A DNA stretch of 63,927 nucleotides, the filler included, from Barthelona sp. PAP020 (lineage: Eukaryota): the NCBI GenBank assembly GCA_040182905.1. It is 3 parts of 3 records of this genome, joined end to end, with 100 filler letters (N's around TTAATTAATTAA, not from the genome) between each part and the next. Parts side by side here need not be neighbours in the genome. Positions count along the whole stretch, not along the records: positions 24,630 to 49,144 come from JARQWU010000154.1; 2 more parts are not named here. One strand, 5' to 3'. Each line of letters begins with the position of its first letter. Positions within the stretch are counted from its first letter, which is position 1. The notes under the pieces are model-generated. The model saw nothing but the letters and a program-made list of their open reading frames with translations. It was not told where the DNA came from and did not search any database. Shown here one piece after another: positions 27,272 through 38,439 of this stretch. The translations under genes and the position numbers were made by a program.

Positions 27272-27640
27272 TTATAATTTGTAAGAGTGACCGTTTTGGG
27301 CAATACGATTAGCAACTCTTAAATAACGGCAACGACCAGTACCAGTAGAACGACGACGGTTATTCTTAAGAGCCCAGTTAACTATAAATTAGAAGAACAT
27401 TGATGAAATTACATACAATCACGCATTTTTGGACTGGGGAATCCACAAGAAGCACAAGTGCTCTTTCTAACGTGGAAAGAACGGCGTCCACAACGACGGC
27501 AAAGAGTGTGAGAATGACGATTGCGCTTACCTTGAGCGGGAGTACCTTTGGACTAAAAGTTAGAAACTATGTTCAAAATAAAAGGAATTGATAATAATAT
27601 AGCATCAAATATTATTATATGATCAAAATGAACATACCAT
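27272..27640 (-). CDS. RPL37: 60S ribosomal protein L37 (eL37), 82 aa; exons 27638-27640, 27417-27552, 27272-27381
   Basis: Spliced: [67 protein letters not shown]...; GTATGT..AG introns at 27553-27637 (85 nt) and 27382-27416 (35 nt). Absent from the ORF track. Confidence 0.97.
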
Positions 27641-28117
27641 TTAAAGAAATATAAGGGAAAAACTAATCTAATATTTTTTATAAACTTTTGAACCTTTTTT
27701 TTTTTTTTGTAAATTCTTTCAACAATGGGTTATTGATGATTTTATTTATTAATACGGGGATAAAGGTCACATATTTAAAGAAAAATTGTTGGAATATGTT
27801 CTTTCAGAGAATTAGTTTCACATTGATCTTATTTTAACAATATATAGTATTTTAGGCCATTTAATTAGAAAATTACTGTTATTAAAAAGATTTAAAATTG
27901 CTTTTCAAAGTTCCAGATAATTTTCTTTTCTTTTCTATTAATAATAAACAATTCATGTGCTTTCAGTTTTTATTAAGTTGATCAATTGTTTTTCAACAAA
28001 TAGAGTTAATTGAACAAAAAAAATTGAGAAAACTCAGCATTTTATGTCAATTTCGATGTTGCTTATGTACATATCTTCAAATAACAAAAAAAATATGGAA
28101 CAACTGTTTCATTTATC

Positions 28118-28297
28118 TTAATTTTGATTTTTTTTGGCATCTGCTTTTCTTTGTTTTTGTCTCATTATTTCGGCTTGTTGTTCACGATATTGAGTGACTG
28201 TCATACCATCAGGGATGGTTCGTTGATTCTTGTTAATTTTGGCTTGCTTTTTTGCATTTTTAGCTCGTGATATTTCTCTTGCGTTACCTCTTGCCAT
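28118..28297 (-). CDS. SERF/4F5 small EDRK-rich factor
   Basis: MARGNAREISRAKNAKK ... AEIMRQKQRKAD. Confidence 0.88.
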   Translation of the reverse strand: MARGNAREISRAKNAKKQAKINKNQRTIPDGMTVTQYREQQAEIMRQKQRKADAKKNQN

Positions 28298-28366
28298 TAA
28301 CACAAAATGGAAATTGTTTGTTTGTACAAAAAAATTGGTTGATTTTTCTTCCTTTTTTTTACATGA

Positions 28367-29401
28367 ATGAAAATTTATGATATTGAGGTTTTTGATGTCA
28401 CTAATGTAGAAGAAAATACCTATGTTTATTGTGAAAATGTCAAAGCTGAATTGCTTGAAACTTTTTTGATAAAAGTTAGATCCTCTTTGATTGTGAAAAA
28501 AATTACCATATTTTTTAAGAATTGGTTTATTGAAAGTTCTTCAAGGATAAAATGCAGTTGCAAGTTAGCGGCAATAAAAATTGAGTTCACTCCAAAAGAA
28601 ATTTTGGGAAAATTTTCATCAAAAACTGTTATGTCTGGTTTCAATCATGATTGTTCCTTGGATTTTACTCATGTAGAAGATGAGAATGAAGCAAAAGAAA
28701 TTCTTTTGCTTGCTCAATTTTCATTGAATTATTTCACACATTTGACCAAATTTGAAACTTTAATTCCTGCTTCACCACTCCAATTTTATTACTTGTTGTC
28801 GTTTTTACAAAATGTTGATTCTCTGATTGAGTTGTATTTAGAAGATATTTTTTCAACAACTGCTTTAAATTTTGTTTTTCAAAAACCTTTTGCTTTGCCA
28901 AAGAATTTGAAAGTTTTACATTTAATTGACTGTGACTTATCAAATTGTGTGATTCAAACATTTATTCATTGTTTACCAAAATTGTTCACATTAAATTTGA
29001 CTAAATGTGTTGGATTTGATGAAAATATCATGGAAATATTGGAAACTGTGAATTGTAAAGAACTGTTTTTGGACCAATCATCTGTCCCATCAACCTTCAA
29101 TTTTTCTCATAACAATTTGAAGGTTTTATCCTTAAATAAGTGTTGTATTACACATTGTAACATTTTTTGTAAAAGTTTAGAAAATTTATACCTTGGAAAT
29201 AATAATTTCGAGAGCATCAATTCTATCAATCTTGAAGTTGATTATCTTATCATATTTGATGTTGAACATTGTGGTTTAGATGAAAAGGATTTGATGGATT
29301 TACTTGAAAGAGTAAATTGTGGGAAAATTTATGTTAGAGGAAATTTAAATTATAGAATTGACTCACTTAAAACAAAATTTAACGGCATCGAATTCATTTA
29401 G
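28367..29401 (+). CDS. Leucine-rich repeat protein
   Basis: Repeated LxxLxLxxC/N (LKVLHLIDC, LFTLNLTKC, LKVLSLNKC, LENLYLGNN). Confidence 0.7.
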   Translation: MKIYDIEVFDVTNVEENTYVYCENVKAELLETFLIKVRSSLIVKKITIFFKNWFIESSSRIKCSCKLAAIKIEFTPKEILGKFSSKTVMSGFNHDCSLDFTHVEDENEAKEILLLAQFSLNYFTHLTKFETLIPASPLQFYYLLSFLQNVDSLIELYLEDIFSTTALNFVFQKPFALPKNLKVLHLIDCDLSNCVIQTFIHCLPKLFTLNLTKCVGFDENIMEILETVNCKELFLDQSSVPSTFNFSHNNLKVLSLNKCCITHCNIFCKSLENLYLGNNNFESINSINLEVDYLIIFDVEHCGLDEKDLMDLLERVNCGKIYVRGNLNYRIDSLKTKFNGIEFI

Positions 29402-29552
29402 AAAAATCACACAAAATATTTTTGTAAATCGTTCCTTTTTTTATTCTCTTTTGTTTTGATATTTGAATGCTTAAATAAATATTTTTTTGGTTGATAACAA
29501 ACGAGATTGTGAGCAAATAAGGGTTTGTAACTTTTTCTTTTTTTCTTTTGTG

Positions 29553-29789
29553 ATGAAACGATTTGTTGATCTCAAATGGAGACTTGAAGCAACAGTTTCC
29601 GATGTTGATAATCCCACACCGGTAGAACCTCGATTTTTATTGGAATTTATTTTCGAAGATGGTACAAATCAAATTGTCAGAACAAATTATGCAATGTTAA
29701 AACATATGTATAACGAATTAGAAAATATTTGGGCCAATCAATTTACACAACCAGCTCATATGCTGAAAAATATTAAACACAACAGATAA
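29553..29789 (+). CDS. COMM-domain-only protein (COMMD2-like)
   Basis: FVDLKWRLE...EPRFLLEF...TNYAMLKHMYNELE ...NIK; 78 aa. Confidence 0.75.
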   Translation: MKRFVDLKWRLEATVSDVDNPTPVEPRFLLEFIFEDGTNQIVRTNYAMLKHMYNELENIWANQFTQPAHMLKNIKHNR

Positions 29790-29846
29790 ACAAAAAAAAT
29801 TTTTTTTCTTTAAAATTTTATGAACTATCAAAAAAATAAAATGACA

Positions 29847-30491
29847 TTAAACCTTGGTGAAAGAAACAACATCACAGGCTTGAACTTCATCTTCCCAAGA
29901 TTGAATGATTTGGAAAACATCTTCTTCAATGGAACAATCATCATCAACTATGATACAAACACAAACACACTTCTTGGTACCGAAAACGTGAGGTTCAACC
30001 TTACCACCCTTCCAAGTGAGACCATTAATTTCAAGAGCTAAAGTACGGTCTAATACAGCTTGCATATCAGTTTCAACATCCATGGGCTTGATTTCAAAAA
30101 CAACATTGGATTTACCAGAAGCGTGTTGTTTCTTGGAAGACTTGGCAGTCTTGGCGACCTCTTCAATCTTACGAAGATATTCAGCTTCATCTTCAGATTC
30201 AGAATCAGAATCGGAACCAAAAACATCAAAATCAGATCCTGATTCAGAATCAGAATCAGATTCTTCGGCAGGAAGTTCACATTCCATAGTTTTTTCACCA
30301 GGGAAAGATTTTCTGTCTTCTTCACTGAAAGATGCCATGTGGTTTAACCAACGTGCAAGATTGGGACAACCAGAAGGTAATTCCAAATCCTTGATCAAAG
30401 AATAAATTTCATGATCATCAGCAGTAGGAATGTGTCCACCAAAGTATGAGTTTGTGAGTAAGAAAACGTTTAAGTCGATAGGATAAAGCAT
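29847..30491 (-). CDS. EEF1B: Translation elongation factor 1-beta
   Basis: SYFGGHIPTADD, PNLARWLNH, DFDVFGSD, KSNVVFEIKPMDVETDM, VQACDVVSFTKV. Confidence 0.95.
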   Translation of the reverse strand: MLYPIDLNVFLLTNSYFGGHIPTADDHEIYSLIKDLELPSGCPNLARWLNHMASFSEEDRKSFPGEKTMECELPAEESDSDSESGSDFDVFGSDSDSESEDEAEYLRKIEEVAKTAKSSKKQHASGKSNVVFEIKPMDVETDMQAVLDRTLALEINGLTWKGGKVEPHVFGTKKCVCVCIIVDDDCSIEEDVFQIIQSWEDEVQACDVVSFTKV

Positions 30492-30914
30492 TTCAAAAGA
30501 AAAAAAAGTAATTAACTTTGACAAACAAATGTTTTTCTTTAAAAATTTATTTTTTTTTGTAGTGCTCTGCAAAAAATTTAAAAGCTCAACCATAATTAAT
30601 GGTAGTGTTGTTAGGTTTTTGTCAAACAACTGTTAACTTTGCTTGAATAATTTTTTTCGGTTGTGTTTTTTAAAAAAAAATTTTTTGTGCTTTGAAAAAT
30701 TGTTGAATATTTTGTAAATACATGACTAAATTAAATCCTGTTATTCTTTTGTTCAAAATGAAAAAATGAATTTGAAAAAATAAATTTGCTTTTAAAACAC
30801 ACAAAAAAAAGAAAATAACATCAAGATTTGAAAATGTTGGGACAATTTTATTGTGTTTAATGGGTAAATGGGATATTTTGGATTTCAATTTCAAATTTTT
30901 TTTTTTTTAAACCA

Positions 30915-31766
30915 ATGAATAATTCTGAACAATTTGAAGAATACACACCGCCAAATATCCATCCCAAAGAACACAGTTTCTTACCAAAAGAAAAAACGGA
31001 AATATACAAACGTACACATAACAATTATGAAGTCGGTGAAAGAATTCGAGGACTAACAACAGAAGAGGAATTAGCCAAATTTGGCTGTAATCCTGGGGAT
31101 TTCACTTTTGGTTGCAAAAATAGTACAACACCTCAAAAAACAGGAATTACAATATTACCCAACGAAAGTATTGAATCTATTGCACCTATAGCCAGTAAAA
31201 AATATTCTAAAAATTATGAAACTGGAAAACAAATATTGAAAAATCCAGAATTAAAAGGTGTTGAAAATCAGATTCATGGAATGCAAAAACGTATTGAGGA
31301 TGAAAGTGTTGCTAGTTGTGTTGATAATGGCGAACTGATCATCACCAGAAGGGAGTATAATGAATTAAATAACAGCAGAAAACCGTCGGATAAATTTAAT
31401 GAAACTGTTTTTGGAATAGCTTCAACAACATCTACACGAAGAGCACCGGAAATTCGCCCTTTGGGAGATATTACACCTTATGCTGATGAACCTTCCTGTG
31501 AAGCTTTAACAAAACCTGGTGATTATTCAGAGTATGGACTTTTAGATGATGATTTGATGAATGCTTTACCTAAAGAACAATTATATGATGCGTTTGTAAA
31601 TTCTGGGGCTATAAACGAAGATTTGATGAATTTATTATATCAAAGAGCTACCAGTCTCATTTCCTCTGGTGATGTATCAATTAAACTACTGTTAGAAGTT
31701 CTTAAAGAATATCGTATTAATGAGGATCGTGTCAAAAAAGGACTGAAACCAATTAGTTTATTCTAA
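30915..31766 (+). CDS. EFHB/CFAP21-like axonemal microtubule inner protein
   Basis: YKRTHNNYEVGE and APEIRPLGDITPYADEPSCEALTKP..YGLLDDD....PKEQL resemble EFHB conserved blocks. Confidence 0.65.
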   Translation: MNNSEQFEEYTPPNIHPKEHSFLPKEKTEIYKRTHNNYEVGERIRGLTTEEELAKFGCNPGDFTFGCKNSTTPQKTGITILPNESIESIAPIASKKYSKNYETGKQILKNPELKGVENQIHGMQKRIEDESVASCVDNGELIITRREYNELNNSRKPSDKFNETVFGIASTTSTRRAPEIRPLGDITPYADEPSCEALTKPGDYSEYGLLDDDLMNALPKEQLYDAFVNSGAINEDLMNLLYQRATSLISSGDVSIKLLLEVLKEYRINEDRVKKGLKPISLF

Positions 31767-32012
31767 GTATCAATTTAACTTGATATTGAGATTGTATTTT
31801 TATTTTTAATAAATCTTGTTTTTTTTTTTTGTTGTTTTGTATGGAAAAAATTTATTTTCGAAGAAGAAGGAGAAAAAAAATATTCTTCCGAACCCTTTTT
31901 TATGAAGGTATGAAGGTGCAAAAATAAAGAAAAATGTGTTTCAATGGTGAACGATTCAAAGCTTAAGAATAAAAAATTAACTTGTGACTTTTTTTTATGA
32001 AATGAAAAGTGT

Positions 32013-32537
32013 TTGATGATTGCAAAAGAAATTATTGATCATTTATCACAATTTAATGAAAATTTTGCAAATACTTGGATTCTTTTTCGAAAAAAATTAT
32101 CAACAAATGATTTTATTCATGTTTTAAATCCCACAAATCCAACTTTAAGACCATATTTTTTATGCCTAGAAGCTTTATTTGGTATTGATATGTTTGCTTC
32201 CTCTCATATGACAAATTATTTTCAAAATCATTTGATAGATGGTTCTATTATTCCATCAATTAATGAATTAATTCGAGATTTTGACATTTCCTTTCTTGAA
32301 CCTCATCTAAAACAAAGATTTATATTCGTTGCTTCCAAAATATTTTTTCCCAATGTCAGTCAAATGACACAGGAAATTTTTAATTTATCAATGATTAATC
32401 ATAATTCCACAATAAATAAATTTAGCGACCCAGAAATACTTCTATGTGGATTTCTCCAGTATACTTATTATTTCTTGGTTATTGACATAAATCCATTGAG
32501 TTACACTTCAAAAACAACAAATAACTTTATAAAATAA
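32013..32537 (+). CDS. Hypothetical protein
   Basis: 174-aa ORF; start and possible upstream exon unresolved. Confidence 0.35.
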   Translation: MMIAKEIIDHLSQFNENFANTWILFRKKLSTNDFIHVLNPTNPTLRPYFLCLEALFGIDMFASSHMTNYFQNHLIDGSIIPSINELIRDFDISFLEPHLKQRFIFVASKIFFPNVSQMTQEIFNLSMINHNSTINKFSDPEILLCGFLQYTYYFLVIDINPLSYTSKTTNNFIK

Positions 32538-32747
32538 CTTGTTTGATATTTTATTTTTTATTAATTCCATTGAACCTTTTTTATAGGAAACTTTTATCAC
32601 TTAAAATATCTTTAAATAAACATTTTAAACTTTTATGAATATATTAATAAAAGAAAAGGGAATATTTAAAACTGACGATTGCTGAAAGAAGAGATAACTG
32701 TGAACAATTAATCTTTTTCCAAAAGAGAATCAAGTTTTTTTCCAATA

Positions 32748-34880
32748 ATGAGTACAATAGGAATCGATTTTGGTGCAAATAGTATCTCTGTATCGATATA
32801 TAATGAATCGAATCAAAGTGAAATTTTACATTTTAATGGTAGTGATTTATCCATTGAAAATGCAATATGTTTCAAAGATGGTACGCGTATCTTTGGTGAA
32901 AGAGCAATGAAATTTATCTATAAAAATTCAAGTTGTGGTTTTTTTGAATTTTTAAAATTGAATCCATTCTATTCTCAAAAATGTCCTTCATCCAATGAAA
33001 TAGATGTTAATAAAATAAAATTATTATGTAATGATGTATCTCATTTTAAAAAAGACAATGAATATTATTTAGAAGAAATAGGTGCCATGTGGATTCGATA
33101 TATTGTAGCCCAAGCACAAAAACAAATAGGAAATACGGTTTCGCAAATTATTTTTAGTTATCCAGCGGGTGTTTCTCGGAAATACTTGACCTTTTTGAGA
33201 GATTGCTCAATATTAGGAAATTGCCGCAATTTAGGATTCAGGTCTAATTTATCTTCATTAGCTAGTTTATATTCTTATCGTTATTCTTCGAGTGTTAAGC
33301 CTGGTTATACTCTTTTAATTGTAGATAGTGGTCATATTCAAACTTCTATTGGTTTATATCAGTATAGTCAAAGATGGAATGCGTTGGCTGTTGATATCAT
33401 ACCTCTAGGTGGTTCTACTTTTTCAGATAGTCTTTATGATCTGATTTGTGAGAAGGATCAATCTGCTGAAGGAAGTGTTTTAAAGAAAGCTTTAGGTAGA
33501 TTAAAGAAAGAGTTGAGCACTAATGATCAGGCAATATACGACTTTGAAGTTGATGGTGAAGATTTTGAAATTGTTATCAATAGGAGCGAATACGAAACAC
33601 GACTGTCTGAACAGATTCTCAAAATTTCTGAATCTATTGATAAAATATCAGTAATTCCTGCATTCGCCAACATAACTGATGTCATTGTTAGTGGTGGTAA
33701 TGGAAGAACACCTATCATTAGATCGTTACTTGAAGATAAATTGCAACCAATAAAGATCAATCTTTCATTTGCTGGTGATGATGTATTTGCTTTAGGTTTA
33801 CTAACACCAACTCCAACCAATGATGTGTTTGTAGGTGGTTTGGCATTGCAAAACATGGAGTCAAGTGAAATGCAGTTGGTACAACAGCCATTTTCTTCAA
33901 CTGAATTTGAAGACATGAGTTTTGATTTAAGAATTCCTAATTCTGCTAACAGATTATTAGAAATGCATAGTGAAGGGCATTTGATTCTCAGTGACTTTGA
34001 ATCCACAAGTGGAAAAATAATACTAAATCAAAGGAATGGTAAAATAAGTGGTTTTGACAGTGTTACATATCAAGAAATACCATTATTAATCTCCAATTTG
34101 CCTTCAGCAGAAAGAGAAACATTATTTAAAAAACTGAATGATTTTGATCGTTTGGATGCTGATTATGAAAAGTTTGGTGAAAAAAAAAATCTTGCTGAAG
34201 CTTTTATTCTCGAGATTCAATCAGATTTACAACATTTGCAAAAATTGACTCATGAATTTGAGAATGAATTGCACACTATTGATTCTATCGATCAAATAGA
34301 AGAAAAAATGCAATATTTGAAGCAAGAAGTTCAAAACTGCTTCTTTAAACATTCACCCAAAACAGCAAATCGTCCTCGAACATCAACGGCAAGAGCAAAA
34401 TCTTCAGATGATAAATTGAATGTGCCAACCGCTGGAAAAGTTCAATCTCAACCAATTTCTCAACAACAACCGCAACAACCACAAATGCAACCGCAATCAC
34501 AACAATCAAGAAGAAAAAAAGGCAAAAGTTCTTCAACTGCTTCAAGAGGTTACTCTGACCAACCTAACTTTTCTATGCAACAACCACCAGAATATGCTTC
34601 ACAAAATTATTACACCCCTCCAGAATTTTATGGTTCTCCACAAAGAAATCCAAGTCAGCAATATTTGGAGCCCCAATTTCAACAGCAACCACAATTTCCT
34701 CAACAACTCATTGGTCCTCAAAGATTTAGCAAAAAATCAGATCAACCCATGAGAAAGTTGAACAATCCTAATGCAAACAGATATGGCCTTCCAAAATCCA
34801 AAAAATCAAAATTCCCAAAACCAGCAACCAACCCTTCATATGCTGAAAAGCAAAAGCCTTGGTGGGATTCTTTCTTTTAG
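32748..34880 (+). CDS. Divergent Hsp70-superfamily (Hsp110-like) protein with Q/P-rich tail
   Basis: IGIDFG, RIFGERA, IVDSGH, LGGSTF, LKKELS, VSGGNGRTP, KKNLAEAFI. Confidence 0.8.
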   Translation: MSTIGIDFGANSISVSIYNESNQSEILHFNGSDLSIENAICFKDGTRIFGERAMKFIYKNSSCGFFEFLKLNPFYSQKCPSSNEIDVNKIKLLCNDVSHFKKDNEYYLEEIGAMWIRYIVAQAQKQIGNTVSQIIFSYPAGVSRKYLTFLRDCSILGNCRNLGFRSNLSSLASLYSYRYSSSVKPGYTLLIVDSGHIQTSIGLYQYSQRWNALAVDIIPLGGSTFSDSLYDLICEKDQSAEGSVLKKALGRLKKELSTNDQAIYDFEVDGEDFEIVINRSEYETRLSEQILKISESIDKISVIPAFANITDVIVSGGNGRTPIIRSLLEDKLQPIKINLSFAGDDVFALGLLTPTPTNDVFVGGLALQNMESSEMQLVQQPFSSTEFEDMSFDLRIPNSANRLLEMHSEGHLILSDFESTSGKIILNQRNGKISGFDSVTYQEIPLLISNLPSAERETLFKKLNDFDRLDADYEKFGEKKNLAEAFILEIQSDLQHLQKLTHEFENELHTIDSIDQIEEKMQYLKQEVQNCFFKHSPKTANRPRTSTARAKSSDDKLNVPTAGKVQSQPISQQQPQQPQMQPQSQQSRRKKGKSSSTASRGYSDQPNFSMQQPPEYASQNYYTPPEFYGSPQRNPSQQYLEPQFQQQPQFPQQLIGPQRFSKKSDQPMRKLNNPNANRYGLPKSKKSKFPKPATNPSYAEKQKPWWDSFF

Positions 34881-35315
34881 TGAATAAATATTAAAAAAAA
34901 TTTGATTGGAAAAAACTTGAAAAGGCAGTTTATTTTTTTTTTTTTAGAATGAAAATGAATAAAAAAGAAAAAACATTATTGTTTTGAAACATCAAATATA
35001 CTGTTAGTTAGTCGTAACATTCATTAGACTGTCTAAAATGATAACAAAATATTTATTAATGGAAAAAAATGAAACTTGATAAATGAAGGGAACTTTTGCT
35101 CCTGTATCGATATCATGCTTTCCCAAATTTTTATAAAGATTCAAAAATCACACAAGACAAATGTAATGTTGCAAACAAATAAAAATAAAAAACAACGTTT
35201 CTTTTCGGAAGATTTTCTTTTTTGATGTAAAATTTCGTTTTTTACCAAATAAAGAAATCAAAATACTTCATTTTTATAAAAGAATCATTTTTGGAAATAG
35301 AATAATACAAATTTA

Positions 35316-38138
35316 ATGGAAAAGAAAAATTACAATTTTGAAGAGATTTTTATTTGCAATGGTAATGTATTAATTGAGAATTTAAATTCGAAATTTGGTC
35401 GACTATTTAATTTTTTAAAGAAATTATTGCCTAATCATTCATTGATATTTGACAGAAATGAAAATGATGAATATGCATTTGTTGGAAGTTTCCTTGGAAT
35501 TTTTCAAACATTATTATTAAAAGATAAGATACAAGGTAAAGAATTATTAAATGAATGCAAAGAATATCTGGATGAGTTTAAAATTGCTATACCTTCATTG
35601 AATCTGTTTATTGAATTTATAATGGGATCAACAAGTGAAGAATACTCAATTAATGAATTTAATCAATCTATTTCTTTAATTTTTTCCATAGTTAACTGTT
35701 TCCCAGTGGATAGTGTAAAAAAGTTCAAAAAACTTATTATATTTCATGAATTTCCTTCAGAAATTGCTAACAATAATGAATATATTGGCTCTTTTTCATT
35801 AATTTATGAAAATTTTATTTTTGATTGTGTTGATTGTATAGATGGAAGTCAATATGAACAAATTATAAGATTTAGAAAAAATGTTGCTCATTTTTTACAA
35901 AGTATAAAAGAAAAAGATGTGCAAATGACTTTGAAAGCCGTAAAATATTTAAATAATTTGAATTTTACAAAAAAGGGAACATTCCTGAATTGTTTAAAAT
36001 TAGAAATTGCCAGATTATGTGTTATTTTTAGTGAACATGCAGTTAGAATCATCAAACCAAATAGGTTTACCTTTTTGGAAGATATTCTTCAGCAAAAATC
36101 GAAGTATTACTCGAAGTCGAAAATTGACTTGAATTCGAGTGAATTTGTTGCAATAACAGGTTTTTCAAACAAGGAATATGCTGAGAATTCAAAGTTGAGA
36201 CAAAATGACAATCAAGCGCAAGAGAGGTTTTGGAATGGTTTGAATTCTTCAGATTCATATTCAAATGCGTTGACAGAATCGATATCAGGTGGAACTCCTT
36301 GTGTTTTTGAGGAAAGTTTCACTTCTATTATGGTTGATTCTTCAAATAAACTAATTAGTTTTGCACTAACGGATGAAACTCAAGAGATTACAGAGGATTT
36401 CTATTGTCAAGTTGATGATGAACTTACAATTCTCCCTGTTAGTGGAAGTACCATTGATTCTTTTTATACTTGTTCATATTTAAGCGATTATGACAGTAAT
36501 TTAATTGCTACGCCCAAATTGATTCAAGCAATGAACAAAACAAACATGTCTGTTGTTGATGGGATATTAAAAACTAATATTGAATCACCATGCAACACTT
36601 TGATTCAAAAAATTATCCCAACTGATAAACAAAATAAACTCCAGCAAAAGAATGAAAATGAGCTGAACATGATGTGTATTAGACCCATTGACATCATAAA
36701 CAAAATTGAAAAAAGTCAATATATTAGCATTGTAGAACCTCCTGAATTGATAAGAAATGAAGACGATGAATTATATTGCATACGTGTGAAAGAAATGTTT
36801 AATAGTATTTACAGGTATGAGTTCTTTGATGAAAATGAAAGAACAACGCAATATGATAAGTTTTGTAAAGTTTTCAAAAGTTTTCAAAAAGATATGATCA
36901 ATGATAATAATATTCTACCATTGATTCTCAAAGTTATTGAATTTACCAACAGTGAAGATATCATTAGTTTTCATGTTTGGAAACCTTATATCATTCTTAA
37001 AAAGTTTGTTCAACATTCAATCAATGTTAAAAAACCAGAAATATTTGAAAGTTTTGTAGATTTAAATGTCTTAGATACTATTGTACACAATATTTATAGC
37101 GTTTTAGATAAATTAAAATTGAGTGAAGATTTTCATATCAGGGAAACAGAAATTTCAAATCTTATCAAAAACTTTAAGATTATCAGAGAAACTGTTTGCA
37201 TTTTATTGCAATCAAATTCAATTTTTAATGAATGTTTCAAAATTTCTTTTGTATTAATGAATAATGAAAATCAAAATAAACAAAATTACATCACATACAC
37301 ATTAATTGAAGAGTTGATATTAATAATAAATAATTTAACTACAATCTTTATGAAATTATTGACAAAATTTACAAAAGTTAGTAATTTTATTATTGATTTT
37401 GAAGAATTATTGAAACAATTTTTTTCCATCATATTAAGTTTGTGCAATGATTTGAATGAAAATTTGTACGTTCATTTAATTCGAAAAGATATATATGACA
37501 TTTTTTTTAAAACTTTGATAAAATTATTTAATATGAATGATATTCACATTAAAATAGCTCAAAATTGTTTAAATAATGTTCAAAGCCATAGCATAAGGTT
37601 ATGTCGATTTTTTTTAATTGGATTGGATTTTTTTTTGAAAAGAGATAAAGAAAACATTCTCATTATCAATTCATTACTGAAATGTTTGGCGAAAACATCA
37701 GAATTGACAAGAAATATTTTGTATTTATTTATTACCTGGCATAATACTCAAAAAAATTTCAATTTCAATTCCCTGTTAAACAATAAATTTTGGGCTTCAA
37801 TTTTTTTGAATTTTAAGAATTTATCAAATTTATCCGTTGTTGATACAGGTGTATTTGTTTTAAATGAATTATTAAATCAAAACAATTCAAAATACCAATT
37901 ATCAAATCATAAAATGTTTTGTTTATTCAGGTTTTTAAACAATTTTGAAGATTTGTTAAAAAAATCTTATTGTATATTTTTAAATAATTTCTTACCACTT
38001 ATTTCAAACGATTTTGATCCAAATCAGATCAATTATCCTGTGAATTCAAATTATGTTATTCATTGTTTAAAAAGTTTGAACAATTCAGATTTCACTTTAA
38101 TCATTGATAAATGTCAAAATGTAGTGATGAATGATTAA
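35316..38138 (+). CDS. Large hypothetical protein, probably helical-repeat C-terminus
   Basis: 940-aa ORF; no recognised motif. Confidence 0.6.
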   Translation: MEKKNYNFEEIFICNGNVLIENLNSKFGRLFNFLKKLLPNHSLIFDRNENDEYAFVGSFLGIFQTLLLKDKIQGKELLNECKEYLDEFKIAIPSLNLFIEFIMGSTSEEYSINEFNQSISLIFSIVNCFPVDSVKKFKKLIIFHEFPSEIANNNEYIGSFSLIYENFIFDCVDCIDGSQYEQIIRFRKNVAHFLQSIKEKDVQMTLKAVKYLNNLNFTKKGTFLNCLKLEIARLCVIFSEHAVRIIKPNRFTFLEDILQQKSKYYSKSKIDLNSSEFVAITGFSNKEYAENSKLRQNDNQAQERFWNGLNSSDSYSNALTESISGGTPCVFEESFTSIMVDSSNKLISFALTDETQEITEDFYCQVDDELTILPVSGSTIDSFYTCSYLSDYDSNLIATPKLIQAMNKTNMSVVDGILKTNIESPCNTLIQKIIPTDKQNKLQQKNENELNMMCIRPIDIINKIEKSQYISIVEPPELIRNEDDELYCIRVKEMFNSIYRYEFFDENERTTQYDKFCKVFKSFQKDMINDNNILPLILKVIEFTNSEDIISFHVWKPYIILKKFVQHSINVKKPEIFESFVDLNVLDTIVHNIYSVLDKLKLSEDFHIRETEISNLIKNFKIIRETVCILLQSNSIFNECFKISFVLMNNENQNKQNYITYTLIEELILIINNLTTIFMKLLTKFTKVSNFIIDFEELLKQFFSIILSLCNDLNENLYVHLIRKDIYDIFFKTLIKLFNMNDIHIKIAQNCLNNVQSHSIRLCRFFLIGLDFFLKRDKENILIINSLLKCLAKTSELTRNILYLFITWHNTQKNFNFNSLLNNKFWASIFLNFKNLSNLSVVDTGVFVLNELLNQNNSKYQLSNHKMFCLFRFLNNFEDLLKKSYCIFLNNFLPLISNDFDPNQINYPVNSNYVIHCLKSLNNSDFTLIIDKCQNVVMND

Positions 38139-38439
38139 ATTTGAGATATTTGTAAAAATTTTTAATGTGAAAGGAGAATTTTTTTTTTGTTTTTTAATTT
38201 TATTGTTTGCAAGTTATTGATTGTTTATCAATTTATTGAAGATCTCTTAAATTAGTAAAAAGAAAAAGGATTCAAAAAGCAGGCAAAACTCAAAAATCAC
38301 AAAACTTTTAAATGTATTGAAACAGATGGTACCACTTTGTAAAATTCTTGTCAAATCAAATATTGATGATGGGTTTTTGAATATATGAATCATAAACCAA
38401 GAACAACCTTTGAAAATAAAGACTAAAATTATTTATAAA

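Noticed and set aside
27400..27591. 63-aa plus-strand ORF
   Set aside because: Antisense to RPL37 exon 2.
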